A stretch of DNA of 60,467 nucleotides, counting the filler. It is 5 parts of 5 records of this genome, joined end to end, with 100 filler letters (N's around TTAATTAATTAA, not from the genome) between each part and the next. Parts side by side here need not be neighbours in the genome. Positions count along the whole stretch, not along the records: positions 14,819 to 41,255 come from SRR22947727_3167; 4 more parts are not named here. One strand, written 5' to 3'. Position numbers and translations under genes: made by a program. The notes below the pieces were generated by a model. The model was not told the DNA's origin. It saw only the letters and a list, made by a program, of their open reading frames with translations, and ran no database searches. This document shows positions 27,386 to 38,911 of this stretch, piece by piece (positions within the stretch are counted from its first letter, which is position 1; every line of letters begins with the position of its first letter).

Positions 27386-28479
27386 TTTTGCATTTGTATT
27401 TTGCCCGACGTTTTGCCTTGGCTTTTACCTATGTTTTGGGCGGGTTCTTGATTTTGTTCGTCTTGTTGGATTTCATCGAGCAAATGCGCCGGTTTCGAGG
27501 CTTGGATGTCACGCTCAGCCAGAAAGCGCATTTGGTGGCGCTCTATGTACCAAGCGCACTCTACCAGCTGCTCCCGTTGATCACAGTGCTCTGCTCAATC
27601 ATGTTGTTTTTGAGCCTGGCGCGCAGCAGTGAATTGGTCGTGACCCGGGCCGCTGGCCGCTCAGCTCTGCGCGCCCTCTATGGGCCGATCCTCACCTCAC
27701 TGGTGATCGGACTTTTGGCGGTCACCATCGTCAACCCAATCGTGGCGGGCACGCAGAAAAAACATGAGCTGCTTTCGTCCAGTTTTTTCACATCACGGGT
27801 CAGCACCGTCTCTGTTTCAAGCACAGGGCTTTGGTTGCGCCAAGGCGATGACCAGGCGCAAACGGTGATACATGCCAAGCGGAGCAATTTGGATGGGACG
27901 CGCTTGTTTGACGTGGCGCTTTACGAATTCGATCTCAGCGGCAAGGCCACCCGGCGCATTGCGGCCACAACGGCGACGTTAGAGGACGGCTTTTGGCATC
28001 TTATCAATGCGAAGGAATGGCAGCTGGAAATCGGCGGCAATCCGGAAGCCGAGGCCGATACGAAAAGGCAGTATAAAATTCCAACCGAATTGACCAAAGA
28101 TCATATTCACGACAGCTTTGGCAGCCCGTCCTCCATTCCGATCTGGCAATTGCCCGCCTTTATCAGCCAGTTGGAAAAAGCCGGCTTTTCCGCAAGGCGC
28201 CATCGGGTTTGGTTTCATATGGAGTTGGCACTGCCCTTATTTCTGGCCTCTGTCGTCATGATCGGTGCGGGATTCACGATGCGACATGGTCGGCAAAATC
28301 GTACAGGTCTGCGCGTGCTCATGACCTTATTATTTGGCTTCGGCCTTTATTTTCTGCGCAATTTTGCCCAAATACTCGGTGAAAATGGCCAATTACCAGA
28401 AATTTGGGCCGCATGGATCCCGCCCGTCGCAGCCATTGGCCTCTCACTGGCGTTTCTTTTGCACACAGAGGACGGCTAG
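27382..28479 (+). CDS. lptG: LPS export ABC permease LptG
   Basis: LARSSELVVTRAAGRS, WLRQ and AAWIP. Confidence 0.9.
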   Translation: MILHLYFARRFALAFTYVLGGFLILFVLLDFIEQMRRFRGLDVTLSQKAHLVALYVPSALYQLLPLITVLCSIMLFLSLARSSELVVTRAAGRSALRALYGPILTSLVIGLLAVTIVNPIVAGTQKKHELLSSSFFTSRVSTVSVSSTGLWLRQGDDQAQTVIHAKRSNLDGTRLFDVALYEFDLSGKATRRIAATTATLEDGFWHLINAKEWQLEIGGNPEAEADTKRQYKIPTELTKDHIHDSFGSPSSIPIWQLPAFISQLEKAGFSARRHRVWFHMELALPLFLASVVMIGAGFTMRHGRQNRTGLRVLMTLLFGFGLYFLRNFAQILGENGQLPEIWAAWIPPVAAIGLSLAFLLHTEDG

Positions 28480-30615
28480 ATGAGACTGCTCCTTCTCACG
28501 CTCCTATGGGTGACCGGGGCCCAGGCGCTTTGGGCACAGGACGCGGCCCATTTGATTGCCGACCGTATTGAAATTTTGCCCAATGGCACCCTGCGGGCCA
28601 GTGGTTCCGTGGTGGTCTGGCATAGCGGCGTTCGGATCACCGCCCAAGACATCACCTATGCCAGCGGCGACGGGCAATTGTCGCTGACCGGGCCCATCAA
28701 GCTGCAAGACGCCAGCGGTACAGTCATTTTGGCAGATCAAGCCGATCTGTCACCCGATCTTTCAGCCGGGATCATCACAAGTGCGCGGATCATTTTGAGC
28801 CAGCAAGTGCAAATTGCAGCAGCCCAAATTTCCCGCGTGAATGCGACCTATAGCCAGGCCTCAAATGTCTCGGCCACCTCCTGTTTTATCTGCACAGGTC
28901 AGACACCGCTTTGGCAAATCCGGGCCAAACGGATCGTGCATGACAGCGGCGAAAAGCAAATTTATTTTGAACAAGCACAGCTGCGTGTCATGGATGTGCC
29001 CGTGTTTTTCTTTCCCTATTTGCGGCTGCCCGATCCCAGCTTGAAACGCGCCACAGGGTTTTTGGTTCCCGAGCTGACCACCTCAACGACATTAGGAACC
29101 GCGATCCGCACGCCCTATTTCATAAAACTAAGTGATCATCACGATATCACCCTGTCGCCGATGGTCTCGTCACGCACCAAGACCCTTGGCCTGAGATATC
29201 GCCATGCCTATCACACCGGCACCATTGAGCTTGATGGCGCCTATTCCCGCGACACGCTTCTTGCCGGCCAAGATCGCGGCTATCTCTTTGGCACAGCCGA
29301 TTTTGCCTTAGACAGTGGCTACGCGCTTCGCGGTCAGCTGCAAAGCACCAGCGATCCGGCCTATTTGTTTGAATATGATGTCAAAGAAATTGATAGGCTG
29401 GAAAACAAAATCACCCTTGAGCGCAGCCGAAGAAACCGCAATCTTGAGCTGCGGTTCTCCAATTATCATTCCTTGCGCGACAGCGAGAACAACGCCACCC
29501 AGCCAACCCTGGTCACCGAAGCCATTGCACAAAAGCGCAGCTATCCCAAGGGTTTGGGCGGCGTTTTCGATCTGGAAGCAAGCCTATTGACCAGCTACCG
29601 CTCCTCCACATCGCCCATCGACGGACCCGACAGCGGTGATGAGGTTGACGGCTATGACACGCTGCGCCTCTCTTCGCTGGCCAAATATCACCGTGACTGG
29701 GTGCTGCCCAAAGGAGTCGTTGTAGATTTTGCCACAGAGCTGGAAGCGTCCCATTACATTGTGCGCCAGCACCAAGATATCGCGCCTGTCATCACCCGGA
29801 TCACCGGCGGCGGCGGCCTTGGTCTGCGCTGGCCCCTCGCCCGGCGGCTTGCCGGAGGAGCCGTGCAGCGGCTCGAACCGCGCATCCAATTGGCTGGGGT
29901 GATGGCGAATTCAGACACCATTCCGAATCAAGACAGTACCCAGGTCGAGTTTGACGAGGGCAATCTGTTCCGCTTCAATCGCGCGCCAGGATTTGATCTC
30001 ATCGAAACTGGTATGCGGCTGAATATCGGGCTGGCCGGCGGTATTGATTATCCAAATCAAACTAAAATTGGATGGGAGATTGGCCGAATTTATCGAACTG
30101 ATAACGCCAATAGCTTCACTAAGACCTCGGGTCTCCAAGGCCATGTGAGCGATTGGCTCCTCGCCGCCCATGTGCAAACCCCTTTGGGCATAGAATTGGT
30201 CGCACGCAGCCTTCTTCAGAATGTCGGTTTGCTCAAAAAATCCGAGCTCCGCGCCAGCTGGCACACAAGCAAACATCAGCTGGATGCAACCTATGTTGGG
30301 CTAGCCGCCGATGAGGCGGAAAATCGTGACGTGCCGTTGAGCTCGCTTGCATTAAAATGGAACTATCAGTTTTTGCCCGATTGGCGCTCCACTTCAGAAT
30401 TTCAATTTGACACCTCCATCGGTGAGGCGTCCAAATTCGAGTTTGGGTTCGAGTATGCAAATGAATGCGTTATCGTGGATTTTTCAGCCTCGCGTCGCTT
30501 CGCAACATCCGCTACATTGACAGACAAAACTGAATTTGGTCTGAGTGTAGCACTGGCTGGATTTTCTACAGGCGTCAGAAACATAAAGAAAAGCCGTCAA
30601 TGCGGCGCATCATAA
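28480..30615 (+). CDS. lptD: LPS assembly outer-membrane protein LptD
   Basis: Signal peptide, TSC..C....PLWQI.A, R.TGFL.P and Y.NEC. Confidence 0.92.
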   Translation: MRLLLLTLLWVTGAQALWAQDAAHLIADRIEILPNGTLRASGSVVVWHSGVRITAQDITYASGDGQLSLTGPIKLQDASGTVILADQADLSPDLSAGIITSARIILSQQVQIAAAQISRVNATYSQASNVSATSCFICTGQTPLWQIRAKRIVHDSGEKQIYFEQAQLRVMDVPVFFFPYLRLPDPSLKRATGFLVPELTTSTTLGTAIRTPYFIKLSDHHDITLSPMVSSRTKTLGLRYRHAYHTGTIELDGAYSRDTLLAGQDRGYLFGTADFALDSGYALRGQLQSTSDPAYLFEYDVKEIDRLENKITLERSRRNRNLELRFSNYHSLRDSENNATQPTLVTEAIAQKRSYPKGLGGVFDLEASLLTSYRSSTSPIDGPDSGDEVDGYDTLRLSSLAKYHRDWVLPKGVVVDFATELEASHYIVRQHQDIAPVITRITGGGGLGLRWPLARRLAGGAVQRLEPRIQLAGVMANSDTIPNQDSTQVEFDEGNLFRFNRAPGFDLIETGMRLNIGLAGGIDYPNQTKIGWEIGRIYRTDNANSFTKTSGLQGHVSDWLLAAHVQTPLGIELVARSLLQNVGLLKKSELRASWHTSKHQLDATYVGLAADEAENRDVPLSSLALKWNYQFLPDWRSTSEFQFDTSIGEASKFEFGFEYANECVIVDFSASRRFATSATLTDKTEFGLSVALAGFSTGVRNIKKSRQCGAS

Positions 30616-30627
30616 ACGAGGTTTGAA

Positions 30628-31827
30628 ATGCTCAAGATCACCCTGCGCTTAGGTCTCGCAGCTCTTGGTTTGATCGGCGCGCTCCACAGCGCAGTTCAGG
30701 CGCAGGGGCCGTTTGATCCGGTGATTTCCGTGAACAGGGCCGCAATCACAGCCTATGAGCTGGAGCAACGCGAGCGGTTTTTGGAAATTTTGCAGCGCTC
30801 CTCCGGTATGGCGCAGCGCGCGCGCGACACCTTGATTGAAGATCGCTTGAAAATGGCAGCCGCTGACCGTGCCGGCATTAATTTGAGCGACGCGCAGGTG
30901 GTTGAAGCCATGGAAGAGTTTGCCGCCAACGCCAATCTTGATCTCGATCAATTGCTGGAAACTTTGGCCCAAAACGGCGTTGATGAGCAAACCTATCGCG
31001 ATTTCATCAAAGCTGGAGTGACCTGGCGCGAAGTTATCCGGGCCCGCTTCGCAGCCCGCAGCGCGCCGTCTGAGGCGGAAATTGACCGCGCGCTCGCCTC
31101 AGCGGGAGCCCAGGGCGGGGTCAAAGTGCTTTTGACTGAAATTGTACTACCAGCCGGATCTGCTGAAGAACTGGACAGCGCGCGTCAGACGGCGGAACGC
31201 TTGGGGCGCATCACGTCAGCCGCCGATTTCTCTGAACAAGCGCGCCGGCTTTCAGTGGCACAATCGCGGGTGAATGGTGGCCGGCTGGAATGGGCCAATC
31301 TGAGCGACCTGCCCGATGGTCTGCGTCCCATCATTTCCGGTTTGCGTCCAGGGCAGATCACCACGCCCCTTGAGGTGACGAATGCCATTGTCTTGTTTCA
31401 ACTGCGTGATGTGGCAGAGACCACGGCACAATCACCAGAGATATCGGCCATTGAATACGCGCGGGTGAGTGGACCGGCCGATGCTGTGACATCCGCCACG
31501 CGCATGGCCGATACCTGCGATGATTTTTACGACGCGGTCAAAGCGGATCCATCGCTCACTTTCACAATTCATTCCGAAAGCCCCGATCAAATTCCCAAAG
31601 CTTTATCTCTGCGGCTGATGGGCCTCGATAAAAATGAATTTGATAACATGCCGACCGCGGAGGGGGAGCAGGCTGAAATTGTCATGCTCTGCGCGCGGGT
31701 CTATGCGGCCCTAGAAGATGTCTCACGCGGACAAGTTGCAAATAATCTGCGCTCGGCACGGATCACGAGCCTGGCTGACGGGTTTCTCGCCGAGCTGCGC
31801 GCCAGTGCAGATATCGTCTATCATTAA
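30628..31827 (+). CDS. surA: SurA-like peptidylprolyl isomerase/chaperone
   Basis: VN...IT.YEL.QR and parvulin S......GG.LEW; position between lptD and pdxA. Confidence 0.85.
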   Translation: MLKITLRLGLAALGLIGALHSAVQAQGPFDPVISVNRAAITAYELEQRERFLEILQRSSGMAQRARDTLIEDRLKMAAADRAGINLSDAQVVEAMEEFAANANLDLDQLLETLAQNGVDEQTYRDFIKAGVTWREVIRARFAARSAPSEAEIDRALASAGAQGGVKVLLTEIVLPAGSAEELDSARQTAERLGRITSAADFSEQARRLSVAQSRVNGGRLEWANLSDLPDGLRPIISGLRPGQITTPLEVTNAIVLFQLRDVAETTAQSPEISAIEYARVSGPADAVTSATRMADTCDDFYDAVKADPSLTFTIHSESPDQIPKALSLRLMGLDKNEFDNMPTAEGEQAEIVMLCARVYAALEDVSRGQVANNLRSARITSLADGFLAELRASADIVYH

Positions 31828-31920
31828 CGCCGATTGCGGTGGTGGTTTCCAAAATTTCAAACCCAGAAGTCTTGGCACCTGGCGCTTTGAAATTTAATTT
31901 TTGATACAGGTGCTTTGTTG

Positions 31921-32907
31921 ATGACAAATAAGACCACACAGGCGCCCCTTGCCGTCACCTGCGGTGATCCTGCGGGCATCGGGATGGAAATATTTATAGC
32001 CGCGCAGACAGAAATTGGCGGTGACATCCCTATGGTTCTTTTTGCCGATCGGCGGCATCTTCCGCAGGGTGTTCCGGTCACGCTGTTTCAACCCGATACG
32101 GCGCCCCCGCCGCCAGATCACATTTGGCTGCATCAGATCGACTTCGCCCAGCCTGCGCATCCTGGCCAACCTGATCGGCGCAACGCGGCCGGGGTGATTT
32201 CTGCCATTGAGCAGGCGGTGCGGCTCACCCAGGCCGGACAGATGGCCGGTCTATGCACCGCGCCTATTCACAAGGCGATTTTGCAAGACGGCGCCGGGTT
32301 TCAGTTTCCAGGGCATACGGAGTTTCTGGCGCATCTCTGCGGCGTGCAGCAGGTTGTGATGATGCTGACCTGCCCGGCCCTCTCTGTGGTCCCGCTCACC
32401 ATTCATATTCCCATCAGCGATGTGCCAAAGGCGATCACCCGGGAGTTGTTTCGCACTACCGCGCACATCCTAAATGATGCTTTGCGCCGTTACTTTGGCA
32501 TAGAAGAACCGCGCATCAGCGTTGCCGGGCTCAATCCCCATGCCAGCGAAGGAGGTAAGATTGGCCGGGAGGACATAGACCAGATTACTCCCTGGGTTGC
32601 CGAGCTGCAAAGCGCCGGAGTGTCCATAACCGGGCCGCAGTCCGCAGATACGATGTTTCACGCACAGGCGCGCACCCGCTATGATGCGGCCCTGTGCATG
32701 TACCATGATCAGGCCCTGATCCCGATTAAGACTTTGGATTTTTCTGGTGGCGTGAATGTCACCTTGGGCCTGCCCATCGTGCGCACATCGCCCGACCATG
32801 GCACGGCCTTTGATATTGCCGGTCAAGGCCTTGCGGATGCATCCTCAATGGTTCAAGCCATAGTCTGTGCAGATCGCATGATAAAGGCGCGCCAGAATGC
32901 AAATTGA
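31921..32907 (+). CDS. pdxA: 4-hydroxythreonine-4-phosphate dehydrogenase
   Basis: GDPAGIG, GHTEFL, GLNPHA, MYHDQ and [14 protein letters not shown]. Confidence 0.97.
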   Translation: MTNKTTQAPLAVTCGDPAGIGMEIFIAAQTEIGGDIPMVLFADRRHLPQGVPVTLFQPDTAPPPPDHIWLHQIDFAQPAHPGQPDRRNAAGVISAIEQAVRLTQAGQMAGLCTAPIHKAILQDGAGFQFPGHTEFLAHLCGVQQVVMMLTCPALSVVPLTIHIPISDVPKAITRELFRTTAHILNDALRRYFGIEEPRISVAGLNPHASEGGKIGREDIDQITPWVAELQSAGVSITGPQSADTMFHAQARTRYDAALCMYHDQALIPIKTLDFSGGVNVTLGLPIVRTSPDHGTAFDIAGQGLADASSMVQAIVCADRMIKARQNAN

Positions 32908-33733
32908 CGACCTTCCCCCGCTGCGCGACGTGATCGCCACCCATGGATTAGATGCAAAAAAATCTTTGGGGCAAAACTTCCTACTGGATCTCAACCTCAC
33001 ATCAAAAATTGCCAGGCTGGCCGGAGATATCAGCGGCCATGACGTCTTAGAAGTTGGCCCCGGTCCGGGCGGTTTGACGCGCGGACTTTTGGCTGCCGGC
33101 GCGCGGCGGGTCGTGGCCTTGGAAAAAGATCCTCGGTGCATGGCTGCGCTGTCTGAGATTTCAGCCGCCTATCCCGGCCGTTTGGATGTGTTCAACGCCG
33201 ATGCTTTGGAGTTTGACATGCGCGGCCAACTCACCGGGCCTGTGCGCGTGGTGGCCAACCTGCCCTATAATGTGGGCACCGAGCTTTTGGTGCGCTGGCT
33301 TACACCAAAAGACTGGCCCCCATTTTGGAGCAGTTTAACTTTAATGTTCCAAAAAGAAGTGGCCGAGCGGATCATCGCCAAGCCGGGAACAAAGGCCTAT
33401 GGGCGCCTTGGTATTTTAGCCCAATGGAAAAGTACCCCCTCCGTGGTCATGGAACTGCCGCCCGAAGCCTTTACGCCGCCGCCGAAAGTCCATTCTGCCG
33501 TGGTCCATCTGGAAGCCTTGGCACAGCCACGCTTTCCAGCGCCGGCGGGGCTGTTATCTTCCACCGTTGCAATGGCGTTCAATCAACGCCGCAAAATGCT
33601 CCGCTCAAGCCTGAAATCTGCGGCACCTGACATTGAAACTGCGCTGCGGGATGCGGGCCTCGAACCCACTGCGCGGGCCGAAGAAATTTCGCTAGAGGGA
33701 TTCTGTGCCTTGGCCCGCCGATTGGCTAAATAA
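32897..33733 (+). CDS. rsmA: 16S rRNA m6(2)A1518/1519 dimethyltransferase
   Basis: [23 protein letters not shown] and FNQRRKML. Confidence 0.97.
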   Translation: MQIDDLPPLRDVIATHGLDAKKSLGQNFLLDLNLTSKIARLAGDISGHDVLEVGPGPGGLTRGLLAAGARRVVALEKDPRCMAALSEISAAYPGRLDVFNADALEFDMRGQLTGPVRVVANLPYNVGTELLVRWLTPKDWPPFWSSLTLMFQKEVAERIIAKPGTKAYGRLGILAQWKSTPSVVMELPPEAFTPPPKVHSAVVHLEALAQPRFPAPAGLLSSTVAMAFNQRRKMLRSSLKSAAPDIETALRDAGLEPTARAEEISLEGFCALARRLAK

Positions 33734-33846
33734 AATCTAGCACACGCGGCCTTCGCCTCATGACGGAGGATTTTGGAATTCTCATTTAGACTTGCCCAAC
33801 GACAACCCAGCCGCGCTTCGCGCGCGCAGGAGCGAGATGTGGTAAA

Positions 33847-33968
33847 AAGACCTCTGCATAACGCCAGTTCAACATGAAATGAGGGCAGCGCCGGCCTGGG
33901 CAGGCGCAGCCCGGTGTGGCCACCAGGCATAATGTTTTGGCTTGACGGCAAGGTTATGCGGAGGTCTT
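33847..33968. mobile_element. ~122-bp MITE-like element with 16-bp terminal inverted repeats
   Basis: AAGACCTCTGCATAAC (33847-33862) and GTTATGCGGAGGTCTT (33953-33968), one mismatch. No coding capacity. Partial second copy at 14820-14881. Confidence 0.75.
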
Positions 33969-33987
33969 AAAAGCCCAAAGGGGCCGA

Positions 33988-34590
33988 TTAATCCTCTGGA
34001 ACAGGCGCAGCCTTGGCGGCTTCATCAGCTGCAGGCGCCGGCTCACCAACCGGTTTTGCAGGCCGGCTACGCACGCGCGGTTTGGCCGGCTCCGCTTTTT
34101 TGCTGGGCTCAATGGGCGGCGTTTGCGCCAAATCAGCCGGGTTCAAAGGTGCCAAATCTGGTTGCGGAGCATCAGAAAAATCGGCGACATCCAAGGCGGA
34201 GGGCATTTTGACCTGTTCAACATCGCCGCGATCTCGCCGCGGTTCTGAACGATCATTGCGTTCGCCCCGTTCCTGATCCCTCTGGGCTTGTTTCTCACGA
34301 TTCTCGCGATCTTGCTGCTCACGGCGGGCTTCGATTTCACGTTGCGCTTCTGCCAAAAGCCGCATGTAATGTTCAGCGTGCTGCTGGAAGTTTTCGGCCG
34401 CCACGCGGTCACCTGACAATTGCGCATCACGGGTGAGCTGTTGGTATTTTTCAATAATTTGTTGAGGCGTGCCACGCACCTTGCCCTCAGGCCCTGAACT
34501 ATCGAACACGCGGTTCATGATGTTCACGCCGGAGCGATTGTTATTATTACGGTTATTCTTCGAGCGAGGGCGCGTTTTTGAAGATCTCAT
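33988..34590 (-). CDS. DUF4167 domain protein
   Basis: NRVFDSSGPEGKVRGTPQQIIEKY...ENFQQHAEHY.R followed by a low-complexity tail; downstream of prmC. Confidence 0.9.
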   Translation of the reverse strand: MRSSKTRPRSKNNRNNNNRSGVNIMNRVFDSSGPEGKVRGTPQQIIEKYQQLTRDAQLSGDRVAAENFQQHAEHYMRLLAEAQREIEARREQQDRENREKQAQRDQERGERNDRSEPRRDRGDVEQVKMPSALDVADFSDAPQPDLAPLNPADLAQTPPIEPSKKAEPAKPRVRSRPAKPVGEPAPAADEAAKAAPVPED

Positions 34591-34747
34591 GTTTTGAAAA
34601 AGCCTATTTGGCGACGGACCGATTAAGTACTAACTGCAATGGGTCATGATTGGGTTTCATGTCGTACATGCCTGCGCATGGTCTCGACGCCCTGTACAAA
34701 ACATGTTTGGGTCAAATCAGCAAGCAAAAAATCGTTATTTGTCCGGA

Positions 34748-35599
34748 TTATTCCGCTTTTTCCACCCGTACACGGCAGGAGACAACCCGCGGCCGATGGT
34801 CTAAATCTTCCAAAATGGCGATGTCGCGGTAGCCCTCTTTGCGCAGTATCTCTGCCACTTCTGCCCCTTGGTCATAGCCAATTTCAAACAACAACCGGCC
34901 CTCTGCCGCCAAAAACCCATGCGCTTGATGCGCGATGGTCGCGTAATGGCTCAACCCATCTTTACCGTCTGTCAGCGCCGATTTTGGCTCATGGTGCACT
35001 TCGGGCGACAAGCCCTTCCATACGGCTGGGTGGATATAGGGGGGATTGGAGACAATAAGGTCAAAGCGCTCGGATGGAATCTCTGCACACCAGTCAGATC
35101 GGCAAAATCGCACGCGATCCGTTAATTGCAATTTTTCCGCATTGCGCCGTGCCACATCCAGCGCCTTGGCCGAACAGTCCACCGCAAGTCCGCACGCCGA
35201 TGAATTTACAGCCAAAAGCGATAGAATAATACAGCCCGACCCGACCCCGAGATCCAAGACATTTTGAAACGGGGCCGATAGGGCGCGCGCCACCAGCTCT
35301 TCGGTTTCAGGCCGCGGATCCAATACATCGGGGGTGACGATAAAGCGGTGTTCATAAAACTCACGGTAGCCCAAAATATGCGACATCGGCACATGCGCCA
35401 TCCGCGATTTTAGAGCGGCTTCAAACGCCGCAGAGTGTTCCGCAGTTAGCGTCTCCTCGAGCCGCAAGGACACTTGCAGCGCGTCTATGCCCAAAACAAA
35501 GGCCAATAAAATCCGCGCCTCACGCCGAGAACCTTCTATACCGGCGCCCGAAAGCCTTTGCCCAGCATGGGTCAAGGCCGTCTGGAGAGTTTGGCTCAT
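34748..35599 (-). CDS. prmC: Release factor glutamine methyltransferase
   Basis: [19 protein letters not shown] and SNPPYI. Confidence 0.96.
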   Translation of the reverse strand: MSQTLQTALTHAGQRLSGAGIEGSRREARILLAFVLGIDALQVSLRLEETLTAEHSAAFEAALKSRMAHVPMSHILGYREFYEHRFIVTPDVLDPRPETEELVARALSAPFQNVLDLGVGSGCIILSLLAVNSSACGLAVDCSAKALDVARRNAEKLQLTDRVRFCRSDWCAEIPSERFDLIVSNPPYIHPAVWKGLSPEVHHEPKSALTDGKDGLSHYATIAHQAHGFLAAEGRLLFEIGYDQGAEVAEILRKEGYRDIAILEDLDHRPRVVSCRVRVEKAE

Positions 35600-36645
35600 C
35601 CGTTCATTTCCGCCAGCAAGGCCGCTTGCGCCTCTGAGGTCAAAGCATCAATGATTTCGTCCAAATCACCCTGTAAGATTTGCTCAAGCCGGTAAAGCGT
35701 GAGACCGATGCGATGATCGGTCATTCGGCCTTGCGGGTAGTTATAGGTGCGGATTCGTTCTGAGCGGTCGCCAGAGCCCACCTGTGATTTGCGGTCGGCA
35801 GATCGCTCCCCATCCACCCGCGCCCGTTCCAGATCATACAGCCGGGTTTTGAGCACCTGCATGGCAATCTCACGGTTGCGGTGCTGCGATTTTTCCGCGC
35901 TGACCACGATCAGCCCGGTGGGTAAATGGGTGATGCGCACCGCTGAATCGGTGGTGTTCACATGCTGACCACCGGCCCCGCTGGCCCGCATTGTATCAAT
36001 GCGAATGTCGCTTGGATCAATGTGAATATCCACATCCTCCGCCTCGGGCAAGACCGCCACAGTGGCCGCTGAGGTGTGAATGCGCCCGCCGCTTTCCGTA
36101 CTGGGCACGCGCTGCACCCTATGCACACCGCTTTCATACTTCAGCTTGGCAAAAACTCCCTCGCCTTTGATATGGGCGACAAATTCCTTAACGCCGCCAA
36201 GTTCGGTGGTTTGATTTTCGATGACATCAAGGCCCCAGCCCTGCGCCTCCACATAGCGATGATACATGCGGATCAAATCGGCGGCAAAAAGCGCAGCCTC
36301 ATCGCCGCCCGTTCCGGGGCGAATTTCCAAAATGGCAGGGCGCGCATCCGCCTCATCTTTCGGCAAAAGCGTGAGCTGCAGATCATGTTCGGCCTTGGGC
36401 AATGCGGCGCGGAGCACAGGCAGCTCTTCGGCCGCAAGCTCACGCATATCCGGATCATCCATCATCGCTTCAGCATCAGAAATATCGCGAAGCAGGGTCT
36501 GATAGGCCCGCACTTCTTCGACCACCGGCCGCAGGTCAGAATATTCCTTAGCCAATCTGGCAATATCGCCCGCGCCCTCAGACATTTGAGCCTCGATGAA
36601 CTCAAACCTTTGGATGATCTGCTGTAATGTATCTTCTGCTATCAT
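35596..36645 (-). CDS. prfA: Peptide chain release factor 1
   Basis: [15 protein letters not shown] (PxT) and GAGGQHVN. Confidence 0.98.
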   Translation of the reverse strand: MIAEDTLQQIIQRFEFIEAQMSEGAGDIARLAKEYSDLRPVVEEVRAYQTLLRDISDAEAMMDDPDMRELAAEELPVLRAALPKAEHDLQLTLLPKDEADARPAILEIRPGTGGDEAALFAADLIRMYHRYVEAQGWGLDVIENQTTELGGVKEFVAHIKGEGVFAKLKYESGVHRVQRVPSTESGGRIHTSAATVAVLPEAEDVDIHIDPSDIRIDTMRASGAGGQHVNTTDSAVRITHLPTGLIVVSAEKSQHRNREIAMQVLKTRLYDLERARVDGERSADRKSQVGSGDRSERIRTYNYPQGRMTDHRIGLTLYRLEQILQGDLDEIIDALTSEAQAALLAEMNG

Positions 36646-36705
36646 GCCTTCAGCTCGCCTATGTCGCCTGCGGGGTCAAGAGGGGCCAGGGCTTTGGACG
36701 CGATT

Positions 36706-37092
36706 TTAATCAGCAATCCAAGCCTCAATCCGTTTTTTATTGCTGCCCCAATCGGAGCCACCAACACTTGAATGGCCGCGCAGATGGGTGCCGCTCTCAT
36801 CTCGCCACAGCTCGATGATATCTTTAAAGCCCCAAAAACGTGATCTCAGGAGCACTTTGAGGCGGGTGTCTTGCATCAGGATTTCATGGCGTGGATCTGC
36901 CAAGATAGCTGCCCTGATCTGCGTAAAGGGCAGATCATCCCGGCGGATATAATAGCCACTGAGATGCGTTTGCGTGGCGTGTCCGGGCGCCATAGGCCCG
37001 CCCGGCCAGTCCGCATATACAAGCGGCCAGAAGCGCGCCACCAGTTGCAGGCCCGCAAAAAGCGCCAGCGCCACGACAAGAATTTTAATCAC
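36706..37092 (-). CDS. DUF1499-like exported protein
   Basis: N-terminal hydrophobic helix, RS.FWGF.D and S.VG.SDWG.N..R. Confidence 0.7.
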   Translation of the reverse strand: MIKILVVALALFAGLQLVARFWPLVYADWPGGPMAPGHATQTHLSGYYIRRDDLPFTQIRAAILADPRHEILMQDTRLKVLLRSRFWGFKDIIELWRDESGTHLRGHSSVGGSDWGSNKKRIEAWIAD

Positions 37093-37103
37093 AGGTTAGA
37101 CCC

Positions 37104-38045
37104 TCAACGATAAGCAACACCGGGCAGGATGCTCAAGATTTCGAACATCAAATTCGCCGCTGTTAGGGCGGTATTGCCCGAGGTGTCATACATAGGGCTC
37201 ACTTCAACCATATCAAACCCCACGATATTCAATCCGCGTAAAGCGCGGATCAGCTCCATGGCCTGCGGCGTGGTCAACCCGCCGATCTCTGGCGTACCGG
37301 TGCCGGGGGCATAGGCGGGATCTAGGCTGTCGATATCATAGGTCAGATAGCAGAGGTGATCTCCGATGGCTTGGCGAATCTCCTGACCCAGTGGGGTCAG
37401 CGATTTATGCCAAATCTCTGGCGCCGTGATCATGTTAAAGCCCCAACCGGCCGCCTCAGAAAAGTCTTCTGCGGTGTATCCCGTGCCGCGCAGGCCGATT
37501 TGATACACCAAATCGGGCACAAGCAGCCCTTCCTCATAGGCGCGGCGGAACACCGTCCCATGGGTTTCACGCTCTCCAAACATCTCATCGTTCACATCCG
37601 CATGCGCATCGACATGCACCAAGGCCACAGGCCCGTGCTTTTTCGCAATGGAGCGCAAGATTGGCAGGGTTAAAGAATGATCCCCGCCGAGCGTCGCCGG
37701 CACCACAGGGTAGTCGTGCAAACCGTCGTAGGCCGATTCAATAATGCGCAAACTCTCCGCAAGGCTGAAGGTGTTGATGGCAACATCGCCCATATCAGCC
37801 ACCTGCAGGCTGTCAAAAGGCGCAGCCCCAGTTTGCAAATTATACGGCCGGATCATCGCGCTTTCTTGGCGAATCTGCTTTGGACCAAACCGCGTGCCGG
37901 ACCGCCAAGAGGTGCCGATATCCATGGGGATGCCCATGATCACCACATCCAAGCCCGCGGGGCCTTGAGCCTCAGGCAGGCGCATGAAGGTTTGCGGCCC
38001 AGCAAAACGGGCCAGATCATTGCCGGAAATTGGTTGGTTGGGCAT
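37104..38045 (-). CDS. gbuA: Ureohydrolase, guanidinobutyrase (GbuA)-like subfamily
   Basis: QPISGN...RFAG, IRPYN..TGAAPFDSL.VAD, GGDH, DAHADVND.MFGE and DIDSLDP...PGTGTPE resemble recalled Pseudomonas GbuA. Confidence 0.75.
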   Translation of the reverse strand: MPNQPISGNDLARFAGPQTFMRLPEAQGPAGLDVVIMGIPMDIGTSWRSGTRFGPKQIRQESAMIRPYNLQTGAAPFDSLQVADMGDVAINTFSLAESLRIIESAYDGLHDYPVVPATLGGDHSLTLPILRSIAKKHGPVALVHVDAHADVNDEMFGERETHGTVFRRAYEEGLLVPDLVYQIGLRGTGYTAEDFSEAAGWGFNMITAPEIWHKSLTPLGQEIRQAIGDHLCYLTYDIDSLDPAYAPGTGTPEIGGLTTPQAMELIRALRGLNIVGFDMVEVSPMYDTSGNTALTAANLMFEILSILPGVAYR

Positions 38046-38234
38046 TCGCATATCCTTTGTCTTTGCGCCGAGTTTGCGGGCGATGCCGCTCTGTGGCAAT
38101 GGAAAACTTAAGCCACGCGCATGGGGTTTTGCCAAGCGCATCACATGCTCTTTTTGCCCTCTGTGCAGGTCAGGCCGGCGATTTTATCTTGATTTCAGCC
38201 GTTCTTTTTTCTAAAATCAATAGATTACAGTAGC

Positions 38235-38873
38235 TTGAAGCATTTGAAAAAACTATTGATCACACTCGCCGTCGTGACCGCAGGATTTGGCTGTCTGTAT
38301 TGGGCCTTCCCTATGTTCTTTTTCGCAATCTACAAAAATAACGTTTATACAACGGAGTTTCGCGTGGATGGAAACAAGTTGCATATGAGCGGGTTGATCA
38401 ACTCTTACACGCCAGAGCAGCTCAAAGATATCTTCGGCGCACATCCCCAAATTGATACAATCGTTCTGGGTCAGATGCCCGGATCCATTGATGATGAAGC
38501 CAATTTGGCCGGGGCGGCTTGGGTGGCGGCGCGCGGGGTTAACACATACCTGCCACAAGAGGGCAGCATTGCCTCTGGCGCGACGGATTTCTTTCTTGTC
38601 GGCAAGAGGCGTGTGGTGGAAGAAGGCGCAGAGGTGGGCGTGCATTCTTGGGCCGATGTGACAGGGGTCACAGCCCGCGATCTTCCCCGCGATGACCCTG
38701 CCCATGAACGCTATATTGGTTTTTATGAGGGCATTGGCTGGACGCGCGCGCAGGCGGAGGCCTTTTACTTTTTCACCATCGAAAAAGCACCTGCCGAGGA
38801 TATTTACCTAATGACCCCGCAAGAGATGCTGGCCACCGGTGTTGCCACTAAGATCGTGCCTGCCAACCATTGA
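38235..38873 (+). CDS. Exported hypothetical protein, ClpP/crotonase-like fold suspected
   Basis: N-terminal TM; PGS, IASGA and VGVHSW spaced like ClpP-family Ser/His motifs. Confidence 0.6.
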   Translation: MKHLKKLLITLAVVTAGFGCLYWAFPMFFFAIYKNNVYTTEFRVDGNKLHMSGLINSYTPEQLKDIFGAHPQIDTIVLGQMPGSIDDEANLAGAAWVAARGVNTYLPQEGSIASGATDFFLVGKRRVVEEGAEVGVHSWADVTGVTARDLPRDDPAHERYIGFYEGIGWTRAQAEAFYFFTIEKAPAEDIYLMTPQEMLATGVATKIVPANH

Positions 38874-38911
38874 TCAGCCAAAGGCGCCCCTGTATCGCCA
38901 ATGCCGACAGC

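Noticed and set aside
38046-38234. Guanidine riboswitch upstream of the GbuA-like gene
   Set aside because: No paired ACGR hairpins or other guanidine riboswitch consensus was recognisable by eye; an Rfam scan would settle it.
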